DNA of 64,000 nucleotides, taken from positions 1-64,000 of the IMG/VR virus record IMGVR_UViG_3300045988_084189. One strand, 5' to 3'. Shown piece by piece: positions 1 to 8,985 of this stretch. The translations under genes and the position numbers were made by a program. The notes under the pieces are model-generated. The model worked only from the letters and a program-made list of their open reading frames with translations, did not search any database and was not told where the DNA came from. The DNA is from a virus. How positions within the stretch are numbered: position 1 is the stretch's first letter; each line of letters opens with the position of its first letter.

Positions 1-64
1 ATGTACATCTAAGGAAATATAAAGGAACTTATAAGGTAGTTAAAGAAAAGGAGAATAAGGAATA

Positions 65-466
65 ATGAAGGATTTTAAGGAAATGGAAAGTATTGAACTC
101 AAGGATTTTGGCGTTCGTGTTAACCCATATCTAACTTATGCACAAGTTCAGGCCATTGCTAATAGTGTCTACACTCTAAAGAGTTGGGCAGAGCGTGAAC
201 AGAATATTGATATGTTGCTGCTTATCTATGCGACCAACCTAACGGCTGAGGAAGTCAATAACTACAATCATGAACATTGGCTCAAGTCGGGCCTGATTGA
301 CTGTGTTAAGGCGAATGTGCTAAATTTCTATGACATTGAGAAGGCTATCAAGTATGAGGAAAGCCCAATGCGCACTCTCATGAAGTTGGCTAATGAAATG
401 CCTGAATTTAGCAAGAAGTTGAATGAATACCTAGAGGTGGCAAAGAATGCCAACAGCAAGAAGTGA
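65..466 (+). CDS. hypothetical protein (position suggests tail assembly chaperone)
   Basis: 133-aa ORF with an AAGGAG-like RBS upstream. It lies shortly upstream of the tape measure gene. No motif recognised. Confidence 0.4.
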   Translation: MKDFKEMESIELKDFGVRVNPYLTYAQVQAIANSVYTLKSWAEREQNIDMLLLIYATNLTAEEVNNYNHEHWLKSGLIDCVKANVLNFYDIEKAIKYEESPMRTLMKLANEMPEFSKKLNEYLEVAKNANSKK

Positions 467-980
467 GCAAGAGTTAAGAAATCTGTTGCGCAGCCCTATC
501 CAAAAGGCTATTAACTATGTACTTGATAAGATATATGACGAGAATATATCAGTAGTACATGATGTGGTCTATATGGCGTATAGCCCAGAAGATTATAATC
601 GAACGGGTGACCTATATAGAGCATGGAGCACTGAATCTAAGTCAACATCATCTGCGGCCCAAGGCGAGTTCAAGTACGATTATAGCAAGATGAGCATAGG
701 TAGCACCGACCCGCAATCATCCAATTTTGCACAGCATATTGGTGTTGGCGGCGATTTTTATGGACAGGATGCGCGGCCTTATCTAGCTGAACTTATCTAT
801 CAAGGCGCGACTGGTTCATTGTTTGGCGATGGAGCATTTAGAAAGCAACGTGACGCATGGACTGAACTAAATAAGCGCATAGGTAGACGCAAGATGAAAC
901 AATGGATGAAAGAAGGCATGGAGGCGGCTGGGCTTACTGTACAGATGCACAATACGCCGCTTCATGTCGAGGAAAGTTAA
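447..980 (+). CDS. hypothetical virion-module protein
   Basis: 177-aa ORF with a GAGGTGG RBS 6 nt before the ATG. It overlaps the previous ORF by 20 nt in the +1 frame. No motif recognised. Confidence 0.45.
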   Translation: MPTARSEQELRNLLRSPIQKAINYVLDKIYDENISVVHDVVYMAYSPEDYNRTGDLYRAWSTESKSTSSAAQGEFKYDYSKMSIGSTDPQSSNFAQHIGVGGDFYGQDARPYLAELIYQGATGSLFGDGAFRKQRDAWTELNKRIGRRKMKQWMKEGMEAAGLTVQMHNTPLHVEES

Positions 981-981
981 T

Positions 982-1485
982 ATGGTTATATGTGGACTTG
1001 ATGCAAGCACCTCTTGCACTGGATGGTCTATATTTGATAATGGTGAACTCATTGCATATGGCGCAATCAAGCCAAAGGGGGATGATTGGCATGATAGGGT
1101 AATGGGGCTTACTATGGAATTATCAAAAATATTTAGGCAGTATCAACCCACTATTATCTATGCAGAGGAAGTGCCACTAAAGAAAGGCGCATCCACTATA
1201 GAGAAATTGGGCGCAGTGCAAGGTGTGATTTTAGCATTATGCGCTGGCTTCAAGATAAAGCCATGCTTCTTGATGCCAAGTAAATGGCGTGGCGACCTTA
1301 ATCTTTTTGATGGCACAAGGGCCGGTTTACAAAGAGATGTTCTGAAGAAAAAAGCCATAGAGATGGCGAATGAAGAATTTGGCCTCGAATTGGCATGGGT
1401 TGCCCCAAGTAGCAAAAAGAATGAGGATGATTGCGCAGAAGGAATCCTCATAGCCTACTCACAAATTAAGAAAAAGGGAGTGTGA
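982..1485 (+). CDS. RuvC-like Holliday junction resolvase
   Basis: The N-terminal ICGLDASTSCTGWS matches the RuvC-type catalytic Asp/TGW motif, and size (~167 aa) fits. The ATG at 982 follows GAGGAAAG and is preferred to the track start at 964. Confidence 0.7.
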   Translation: MVICGLDASTSCTGWSIFDNGELIAYGAIKPKGDDWHDRVMGLTMELSKIFRQYQPTIIYAEEVPLKKGASTIEKLGAVQGVILALCAGFKIKPCFLMPSKWRGDLNLFDGTRAGLQRDVLKKKAIEMANEEFGLELAWVAPSSKKNEDDCAEGILIAYSQIKKKGV

Positions 1486-1488
1486 TGA

Positions 1489-1914
1489 ATGGCTAAAAGT
1501 TCTAACTACTCGGTTCTCATTGACGCCCAGTTGAATTTGGACGATATTGAGAAAAAGTTAAAATCTAAAAAATATGAAATTCCTCTTGATACATCTAGTA
1601 TAAAATCTGGTAAAAAAGATATTGATGATGCCGTCCAATCCACCAAAAATCTAAATGATGCTGGGCAAGACCTTGAGCTTACATTTAATGTGGCGAATGA
1701 GGTATTTAACAAATTTACCTCTGCTATCAAGGATATGGCCGGTCAAGTATATGAGCTTGATGACGCATTAACCGAGTTCAAGAAGGTATCCGACCTAAAT
1801 GGACAGGCGCTAGATGAATACGCAGATAAACTATCTAAAATTGGTCAAACAGTTGGCCGCACCGGTAAACCAAATCGGTCTGAGCCGGTATGTTGCGATG
1901 GTAAAGCAGCATAG
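1489..1914 (+). CDS. tail tape measure protein, N-terminal fragment
   Basis: The sequence ...LTEFKKVSDLNGQALDEYADKLSKIGQTVGRTGKP... looks like a tape-measure N-terminus and is continued by the start of ORF 2931..7640. The reading frame stops 9 codons into the intervening cassette. Confidence 0.65.
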   Translation: MAKSSNYSVLIDAQLNLDDIEKKLKSKKYEIPLDTSSIKSGKKDIDDAVQSTKNLNDAGQDLELTFNVANEVFNKFTSAIKDMAGQVYELDDALTEFKKVSDLNGQALDEYADKLSKIGQTVGRTGKPNRSEPVCCDGKAA

Positions 1915-2195
1915 AGAACAGCCCCTAAACCCTTGAAAGCCTCAAGAGCCTTATCACTACAACATGAGGATGAGATATGCCTGAGTGTGATTATTAACAA
2001 TGAATTAGTGCGAAAGCAGAAAGACGATAAGGATGATTCCATGGTTGAAAAGCCTAAAGAATTAATGATAAATAATGTATCATAAAAGGGCAGATTGGGC
2101 GCGAAGTCCTGATGAGGGATGTGTCAATCGAATATACAGGGCGACCCTCCAAATATATAGGGTGAAGAAATATTCAGGAAGGGCTTGAAAACCCC

Positions 2196-2224
2196 TTGAC
2201 AAATTATCTAATATGTGCTATTGT
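2196..2224 (+). promoter_or_regulatory. sigma-70-like promoter inside the cassette
   Basis: ccccTTGACAaattatctaatatgtgcTATTGTatag: -35 consensus, 17-nt spacer with TGc, and a weaker -10. It sits about 27 nt upstream of the first small ORF. Confidence 0.45.
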
Positions 2225-2250
2225 ATAGATACTTAAAGGAGGTATCTATT

Positions 2251-2445
2251 ATGGCTTCTGTATTTTTACTGCTTGTGTTACTACCAGTCATGTTCTACAT
2301 TTGGATTGGAACAATCATCAGTTTGTTCAAAAAGCCCAAAGATAAGAAAAATCAATCATATCATATTGATAGTCGAGCCAAAGATGAGGAGCGGCGAATC
2401 AATGAGTGGGGTTTAGATGATGATTGGCGTTGGGGGAAATTATAA
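2251..2445 (+). CDS. small membrane protein, paralog 1 of 3
   Basis: The ATG follows AAGGAGG+8 nt. It has an N-terminal TM helix, a basic linker and a C-terminal ...NEWGLDDDWRWGKL. The track start at 2215 is an upstream alternative codon. Confidence 0.6.
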   Translation: MASVFLLLVLLPVMFYIWIGTIISLFKKPKDKKNQSYHIDSRAKDEERRINEWGLDDDWRWGKL

Positions 2446-2645
2446 TGGAGAATGTGTATATGGCGATAATTGTTGTGGCCGTACTCGTATTCGCAGTCCT
2501 TATTTATCTTTGTTCCATGAGTGGCTATACAACAAAGCGCAAAAATCCAGATGATTATATGGAAATCAATAAGAGGCAACGAGATAAGGATATATCCAAA
2601 ATTAAAGCGCAGGATGAATATGACAATAAGTGGGGTGTGCTATAA
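2445..2645 (+). CDS. small membrane protein, paralog 2 of 3
   Basis: TAATG stop/start overlap with paralog 1. It has a TM helix and the C-terminal motif AQDEYDNKWGVL. Confidence 0.6.
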   Translation: MENVYMAIIVVAVLVFAVLIYLCSMSGYTTKRKNPDDYMEINKRQRDKDISKIKAQDEYDNKWGVL

Positions 2646-2914
2646 TGTGGGTCATAGTGATGCTCATACTGATTCCATTGGTTATATGGTTTATATGTGA
2701 AACGGGTATGCCGCTTGTCGTCATCCTCATTCTTTCTATTTTTGCATTTCCTTTACTTGTCTTACTTAATTCTATTATGAGAAAATGGGTAAGCGATGGT
2801 AGCTATGATGTAAATCTGCATGAACAGCAAATAAATCAAAAACAGAAAGAGCATAGAATAGCACAAGTCAAAGCCCAAGAAAAGTATGACAATGATTGGG
2901 GATATATTAGATAA
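2645..2914 (+). CDS. small membrane protein, paralog 3 of 3
   Basis: TAATG stop/start overlap with paralog 2. It has two TM helices and the C-terminal motif AQEKYDNDWGYIR. Confidence 0.6.
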   Translation: MWVIVMLILIPLVIWFICETGMPLVVILILSIFAFPLLVLLNSIMRKWVSDGSYDVNLHEQQINQKQKEHRIAQVKAQEKYDNDWGYIR

Positions 2915-2930
2915 TTTATAACCGTCAGAG

Positions 2931-5900
2931 ATGGTTGAAGCTGCAACGGAATTTAGAAAGAACGGATTCAATGATTCCGATGCGGCAACATTAGCAAAAA
3001 CTGCTACGATGTTCCAGAACGTCTCGGATGAGGCTATTTCCGCTGGCGATTCTGCATCGTTTATAATTTCTCAGATGATTGCATTTGGCATTGAGGCTGA
3101 AAATGCACAGTCAATCATCGATAAAGTCAATGAAACGGCAAATCGTTTTTCTGTTTCATCTGGCGATTTATCTAAAGCTCTAGGTATTGTGGCATCCACA
3201 TCGTCTGCGATGGGCAACTCTATTGACCAGACTCTTGGTGTTGTCACTGCAATTACAGAGCAAACTCGTAATGCAAGTAAATCTGCAAGAGCGGCCAATA
3301 CAATTTTTAGCCGGTTGGCTCAAGTTGTAGACGAGAATAGTGATACTGGTAAAAAGCTTACAGAGATTTATAATAACCTTGGTATTGCGCTATACGACAG
3401 CTCTGGACAGATGCGCAGTACCTATGATATTCTAGCCGATCTTGCATCAAAGTGGGATTCACTAGATAAGAATACTCAACAATATATAGCTATTACTAGT
3501 GCGGGTACAAATCAGTTAAACAATTTCCTCGCGCTGATGAATAATTTCGATCACGCAGCAGAAGCAACAGCGACATCTATCAATTCAGCTGGTTCAGCAA
3601 TGCGTGAGAATGAAGCATATCAAGAATCGCTCGAATATCAAACTAATAATCTTAAAGCAACATTCCAAGATTTAGCAAATAACGTTATTGATAAGCAACT
3701 TATTTCAGCATTATTAACCCTTGGCGACGCTTTCTTAAAAGTGGCAAATACTGGTCTTGGCACATTTATTACTAAAGTTGGATTACTAGCTGGTACGGGT
3801 TGGGGATTGAGTAGCTTATTAAAAGTTAGCCACATATTGCCAACCATTGCTACACAGTTTAGTAATTTTGGAGCAGTTATATCCCTTGTAGCAGAGGGTT
3901 CTGGTACGTTTGGTGCTGCGATTAGTGCTGCCGGTGGTGCGGCAAGTGTCGCATTGCCAATATTCTTAGCTGTAAGTGCGGCTATTGTAGGTATCATCGA
4001 ACTTGCTAATGCTCTTGAAGAAAATGCCCACAAAGCAGAAAAGCAGCTACAAGACCTAAGAACGCAAATCGATGAGATGGAAGACCCGGTTAGCGAATAT
4101 AGCAACTTAAAGAGCCGAGTTGATGAGCTTACTGAATCTGAGAAAATCCGTCTTGGTGTTCTTCAATCACAACTTGATACACTTAAAGAACAAGAGGAAG
4201 TTATAAGCCGCCAGCAGCTTGCAAAGTGGCAAAAGGGACAAGTTGAAGACCAGACCACATACGTCACAAATTATGACGATTATGGGTATGGTGTAACTGA
4301 GGCATATACTTATAATCAAGCGGCTGATTCTCTAAATAATTTTAGAGAAGCATATCTTGATTTAGAAAGAGATAAGAAGAACGGGCAAATTAGCAATTCT
4401 GAATATGTTTCAAGTCTTCAATCTCTAATTGATAAGAACCAGACAACCATTACTAACCTCAGAGATCTAAAGACGGCATATGAGGAAACTGGCGATGCCA
4501 CATATAAACTCAATGAGAATCAAGAGCGGTTCTTGTTGTGGGCTGATGCTGCTAGTGAAAAATTAGCGACTAATGCAACCAATGTAGCAAATGCGGTACA
4601 AGCTGAACAAGACGCAGCAGATGGTGTTGAAGATGCCATGTCTCAAATTGAGGTAGCCACCTATGACACTTCGACTGCTGCAGCTCAATTGACCGCATCT
4701 CTGTTTGACCAAAATGGACAATTGACTACAGCAGCACAAACAGCGTTGGCGGTTGATGGGTCAATGGTATCTTTGGAGCAGTCTGAGCTACAAGCACAGC
4801 AAGCCGCCGCACAGGCTAATTACGCTAATCTGGTTCTTCAAATTCAACAGGTTGGTGCAGCAGCTGCTATTACATCTAGCCAATTACAGTCGATGATGGC
4901 TATGGCTGGTGTTGCCACTGGTGGAGCATCTATTGGCTCTTCTAGTTCTAATCTACAAAGAACATATAAGGAATTAACTGGTAAAACAGCACAATCTAAC
5001 GAATCGGCTTATAAGTCTTGGTTGACCAACTATCTTGCAGAAAAAGGTCAAGCCAATTACGAAAAGATTATGTCTGAAACCCAGAAAAAACTTGATGAGT
5101 TAAACAAGAATGTCCCATCAGGTGTTGGTGGTGGTGGCGGTTCCTCCAAAAAATCTGCCGAAGAAAAAGCTGCAGAAGAAGCTGAAAAGCAAGCCAAGAA
5201 AGCCCAGCAAGCCCAAGAAAAGGCGGCTAAACAATCTCAGCAAGCATATGAATCAGCCGCAAAATCTGCTGAACAAGCCGCTCAAGAAGCCGCCCGTGCG
5301 GCAGAGCAAGCCGCTGAAGAAGCCAAGCAGAAAATCCTTGATTCTATTCAAGAGCTAAAAGACGCATCTGATGATTTCTGGGATAGCAAAACAGACGCTA
5401 TTGAAGAAACCAATAAAGAGCTTGACCGTCAAAAACAACTTGAGGAAAAGCTCAAAGCCCTAGAAGAAGCCAAGCAAAAGAAAATCCTGCTCTATAAGAA
5501 TGGCCAATTCCAATATGATAAGGATTATGGCACGATTGCCAAAGCTCAAGCCGATTACGAGGAAACCCGTGATAAGATTCAGCGTGAACGTGAGCTAGAG
5601 CAACTTAAAGAAATGAAAGACAACGCCAATGAGATATTCAACGAAATGAAGGATATTGTTCAGAATGGCGGCGATGTCACCCAAGAGATGATTAATAACT
5701 GGCTCAAAAATATGGCCGCATCCGGGGCTGATTATTATGATAGCAATAAGAATCTGCTGAATGAATGGCTGGATTGGGCTAAAAATGCGCTGCAGACATA
5801 TGGTCAAGGCGTGGTTGATGCGGTCAATGGCTACATTTCAACAAGTAGCTTGATGAGCAACGGAACGTATGGCAGTAATGCACAAGGCATGGTAGCTACA

Positions 5901-7640
5901 GACACCAACGGTGCTAGGTATCTTGCAGATAGAAACAGCGACAACCCTCTATATTGGGACAAAGACGGCAATTTTGTTGGCTTTACCAAGGCATTCTGGA
6001 TTGATGTGTTTGATACACAGATAAAGAAGGGGCAATTTGGTGATTATAAGACAACTGATGCTTGGTTGGGCAATCTACCCGGTACGTCTATTTTCGACGA
6101 TTGGGAAGAGGTCTTCAAGTATTGGTCTAGCCAAGAACACGCAGATATCTATGCTCTTCAAGATATGGTTGATAGATTCGATGCCGCCAAACAGGTATTC
6201 CAATATTATAAGGATATATTTAAGAGTCTTGGATACGATGAGTATGCCAAGATGGCCGAGCAGTATGATAATATAGATTCTAGCAAATATTCTCGTATGG
6301 CTTGGCAAATGTCTATGGTGCAACACCCTGACGACCCGTTTGGCTGGCGTAGTTATGAACCGGCTTGGAGGGGTACGCGCAGAGAGGATACAGCCGAACT
6401 ATGGCAAACAATGAACGATATCTTGGATATGATGTGGGCCAACAATTATCAGGGCAATGCTTATGAGACGGCGCTTGGAGAGGCTGAACGAGCTAGTAAG
6501 CGCGATTGGCATATCAATCGAATGGATGAGTCCGACCGGTATGAATATGCTACGTTCGACCTTGACAAGTTAAAAGCGGCTCTCGAAGAAAACGAAGAAG
6601 CCATTAAGCAATTAAGCGAAAAATGGTTTGAAGCTGCAACCGACCTTGAACGACAAGCTATAGCCGTTGAGGCAGAATCTCGCCGCAGATTCCGTGACCT
6701 TGGTTATGCTCAACTTGGCATTGATACCACAGCTCAATCTGAGGCTGAACGTGCGGCTAATCGTCAAACAAGCGGTAAAACATTCGATGAGATGCGACGT
6801 AATAAAAAGTTAGCTAATAATGTCGATGATATCAATAAGACCCTAGAGAAGGTCGAGAATGGTCAAGCTATTAGCCAAGGTTATATCACTAAAGCAAGCG
6901 ATTACATCTCTAAGAAGATAGAGGAGAACTCAGAAAAATGGTTTACTCTATATGACCAGACTGAGAAAGATAAGTTGCATCAACAAACAGAAGAATTGAG
7001 AGCATTGCAAGAAAAATTGCAGAAAGCTAATGATCTAGCTGAAATCAATAATCTGCTTGTACACGGTACGGGCTTATTGCCTAATGAGAAAGCCGACTTT
7101 GAAGACGAAGACTGGAAAGCCGACAAGAAATATGAGGACTGGGTGCGCGAGGCTGAAGACTTAGACGATACGGCTGAGGATATCAGACGGCAGATGGAGT
7201 TAAACGCACAGCGTTGGTTTGATGCTGATGAGAAGACCAAAGATGAGTTACACAGAGCCAATGAAGAGTTGGCTGAACGGTTGGCTCAAGAAACCGGTAC
7301 CAACCTATCTTATTCAGGCGCAACCGGTAAATGGTCAAAAAATGCCACAGGTACGCGCAATTTCAGAGGCGGGCTATCCTTAGTTGGTGAGCGTGGCCCT
7401 GAAATGCGCATTCTTGGTCAAGGCGATAACGTCATCCCGGCTAATCAGACGGCTAATCTTTGGAAGTGGAGTAATACAACGCCACAGCAGATGCTAACAA
7501 CTCTATCGGCAAGAAGCGGCGGTAGTAATACAAGCTATGCCTTTGACGTATCGCGCATTGAGCTACCTAATGTAACAGATGCTAAATCGTTCGTTCAGGG
7601 ACTCAAGAATTATGCGCTACAGTATAGCTATAAGCGATAA
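2931..7640 (+). CDS. tail tape measure protein (main part)
   Basis: 1569 aa. The N-terminus EAATEFRKNGFNDSDAATLAKTATMFQNV resembles a TP901-type tape-measure core. It also has a hydrophobic Gly/Ala segment, a long A/Q/E/K coiled coil and a C-terminal GGLSLVGERGPEM. No RBS lies upstream of the ATG. Confidence 0.85.
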   Translation: MVEAATEFRKNGFNDSDAATLAKTATMFQNVSDEAISAGDSASFIISQMIAFGIEAENAQSIIDKVNETANRFSVSSGDLSKALGIVASTSSAMGNSIDQTLGVVTAITEQTRNASKSARAANTIFSRLAQVVDENSDTGKKLTEIYNNLGIALYDSSGQMRSTYDILADLASKWDSLDKNTQQYIAITSAGTNQLNNFLALMNNFDHAAEATATSINSAGSAMRENEAYQESLEYQTNNLKATFQDLANNVIDKQLISALLTLGDAFLKVANTGLGTFITKVGLLAGTGWGLSSLLKVSHILPTIATQFSNFGAVISLVAEGSGTFGAAISAAGGAASVALPIFLAVSAAIVGIIELANALEENAHKAEKQLQDLRTQIDEMEDPVSEYSNLKSRVDELTESEKIRLGVLQSQLDTLKEQEEVISRQQLAKWQKGQVEDQTTYVTNYDDYGYGVTEAYTYNQAADSLNNFREAYLDLERDKKNGQISNSEYVSSLQSLIDKNQTTITNLRDLKTAYEETGDATYKLNENQERFLLWADAASEKLATNATNVANAVQAEQDAADGVEDAMSQIEVATYDTSTAAAQLTASLFDQNGQLTTAAQTALAVDGSMVSLEQSELQAQQAAAQANYANLVLQIQQVGAAAAITSSQLQSMMAMAGVATGGASIGSSSSNLQRTYKELTGKTAQSNESAYKSWLTNYLAEKGQANYEKIMSETQKKLDELNKNVPSGVGGGGGSSKKSAEEKAAEEAEKQAKKAQQAQEKAAKQSQQAYESAAKSAEQAAQEAARAAEQAAEEAKQKILDSIQELKDASDDFWDSKTDAIEETNKELDRQKQLEEKLKALEEAKQKKILLYKNGQFQYDKDYGTIAKAQADYEETRDKIQRERELEQLKEMKDNANEIFNEMKDIVQNGGDVTQEMINNWLKNMAASGADYYDSNKNLLNEWLDWAKNALQTYGQGVVDAVNGYISTSSLMSNGTYGSNAQGMVATDTNGARYLADRNSDNPLYWDKDGNFVGFTKAFWIDVFDTQIKKGQFGDYKTTDAWLGNLPGTSIFDDWEEVFKYWSSQEHADIYALQDMVDRFDAAKQVFQYYKDIFKSLGYDEYAKMAEQYDNIDSSKYSRMAWQMSMVQHPDDPFGWRSYEPAWRGTRREDTAELWQTMNDILDMMWANNYQGNAYETALGEAERASKRDWHINRMDESDRYEYATFDLDKLKAALEENEEAIKQLSEKWFEAATDLERQAIAVEAESRRRFRDLGYAQLGIDTTAQSEAERAANRQTSGKTFDEMRRNKKLANNVDDINKTLEKVENGQAISQGYITKASDYISKKIEENSEKWFTLYDQTEKDKLHQQTEELRALQEKLQKANDLAEINNLLVHGTGLLPNEKADFEDEDWKADKKYEDWVREAEDLDDTAEDIRRQMELNAQRWFDADEKTKDELHRANEELAERLAQETGTNLSYSGATGKWSKNATGTRNFRGGLSLVGERGPEMRILGQGDNVIPANQTANLWKWSNTTPQQMLTTLSARSGGSNTSYAFDVSRIELPNVTDAKSFVQGLKNYALQYSYKR

Positions 7641-7653
7641 ATTTTAGCAAATT

Positions 7654-7679
7654 AAGGGGGGTAGGCAACTACCCTCCTT
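7654..7679 (+). terminator. strong hairpin after the tape measure gene (possible terminator or attenuator)
   Basis: aaggggggtag-gcaa-ctaccctcctt forms an 11-bp stem with a GCAA loop. The following U-tract is poor. Confidence 0.4.
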
Positions 7680-7705
7680 ATATATCTATATGGAGGAAAT
7701 ATAGA

Positions 7706-8290
7706 TTGGATAATAAGGAAAAATCCCCAGAACAGGAGCTAATAGAATCCATTGGCTTGATGCTCGATAAGGGGCTTGAAACTAACACGGACGTATATAC
7801 AGGCATCCTCAAATCGATTAACGGCAAAAAAGCCGTAGTTACAATGAATGGTCAAGACCAGAACGTGGCCGTCGTATCACCCGATTTGTTGGCTGGTATG
7901 GCGACGCGTGTATTTGTTCCTAACGGCAATATGTCCAATGCGTTCATTATTGGTGGCGGAGGCAGTGACAAGCCTACGCTTCCTACTGTGCAAATGGCGA
8001 CGGGTAGCTATGTTGGTAGTGGTAACGCGAATCAAAGAACGTTGACATTTAATTTTAGTCCAAGGTATGTGTCTATACAAGGATTTGATAGTACTGGTTG
8101 GCGTAGCGCCACAATACTTCAATATCCTGCCGTACATTATGTTTCTGAGGTATACAGTGAAACCCCAACAAGGTCGGAAGCATTTGTAGTTTCTTGGAGT
8201 GGGAATTCAGTGTCTTGGAAGGGTTCAAATGCAGAACGCGGTTTAAACATGTCTAATTCAACATATTATTATTTTGCAATCGGTATTTAA
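7706..8290 (+). CDS. tail structural protein (hypothetical)
   Basis: 194-aa ORF with a TTG start 9 nt after GGAGG. It lies directly downstream of the tape measure gene. Confidence 0.5.
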   Translation: MDNKEKSPEQELIESIGLMLDKGLETNTDVYTGILKSINGKKAVVTMNGQDQNVAVVSPDLLAGMATRVFVPNGNMSNAFIIGGGGSDKPTLPTVQMATGSYVGSGNANQRTLTFNFSPRYVSIQGFDSTGWRSATILQYPAVHYVSEVYSETPTRSEAFVVSWSGNSVSWKGSNAERGLNMSNSTYYYFAIGI

Positions 8291-8315
8291 CAAAATAACT
8301 TTGAGGAGAATCAAT

Positions 8316-8960
8316 ATGATTGATACAAAACAAATTCAAGCAATGGCTGAACTGCGCCGTGCTTTACAGATATTTGCAACCACTCTATACGCTGACGATG
8401 AGGCTGCTATGCAGATTGCAAGCATATATCCGGTATGGGCGGCAGATAAACAATATAAAGCAAATGACGTTATCTCATATGGTAAAAATAGCGTTGGTGA
8501 TCCACAGCTATATCTAGTGCTACAGGCGCACAAGTCACAATCCGACTGGCTACCTGATGCAACTGCAAGCCTATATAAAAAGATGGGCATTAGTGCAAGT
8601 GGCTATCCTATTTGGACACAGCCTTTAGGCGCGGTCGACGCTTATAATATTGGTGATATTGTTAGCTACAATGGCAAGCTCTATAAATCCATTATCAATG
8701 CTAACGTATGGGCACCAGATGTATATCCTGCCGGTTGGGAAGAATATACGGAATCAACTGAAGGTGGCGGTGGTACAACAGAGCCAGAAACTCCTCCAAC
8801 TGAAACAATCCCAGATTTCGTACAACCAACAGGCGCACATGACGCATATAAGAAGGGCGATAAAGTCAAGTTTGAGGGAAAAATCTATGAGAGCCTAATT
8901 GATAATAACGCTTATAGCCCATCTGCATATCCGGCTGGTTGGAAGGAAATAACAGAATAA
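8316..8960 (+). CDS. carbohydrate-binding tail protein (CBM5/12-like repeats)
   Basis: Three repeats of the form Y-x-x-GD-x-V-x-Y/F-x-GK-x-Y...W/Y-x-P...YPAGW. GAGGAG RBS; the ATG at 8316 is preferred to the track start at 8274. Confidence 0.5.
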   Translation: MIDTKQIQAMAELRRALQIFATTLYADDEAAMQIASIYPVWAADKQYKANDVISYGKNSVGDPQLYLVLQAHKSQSDWLPDATASLYKKMGISASGYPIWTQPLGAVDAYNIGDIVSYNGKLYKSIINANVWAPDVYPAGWEEYTESTEGGGGTTEPETPPTETIPDFVQPTGAHDAYKKGDKVKFEGKIYESLIDNNAYSPSAYPAGWKEITE

Positions 8961-8985
8961 AATTTAATAAATAAGAGGTGATATA

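Larger units (their letters stand above)
1885..2930 (+). mobile_element. 1046-bp intervening cassette inside the tape measure gene (moron-like or intron-like)
   Basis: Flanked by in-phase 9-mers CGGTCTGAG (1876-1884) and CCGTCAGAG (2922-2930). Removing 1885..2930 fuses the two tape-measure ORFs in frame. The cassette carries its own promoter and three small ORFs. Confidence 0.45.

Noticed and set aside
65-980. Programmed -1 frameshift pair of tail assembly chaperones (gpG/gpGT-like)
   Set aside because: The second ORF is in the +1 frame, not -1. It has its own good RBS and ATG, and no slippery heptamer was seen in the 20-nt overlap.
2109-2116. CTGATGAG, the hammerhead ribozyme core box, inside the tape-measure insert
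   Set aside because: I could not find the matching GAAA box positioned after a stem II, or a stem III/cleavage triplet in the right geometry. The same bases instead pair with attcagga at ~2172.
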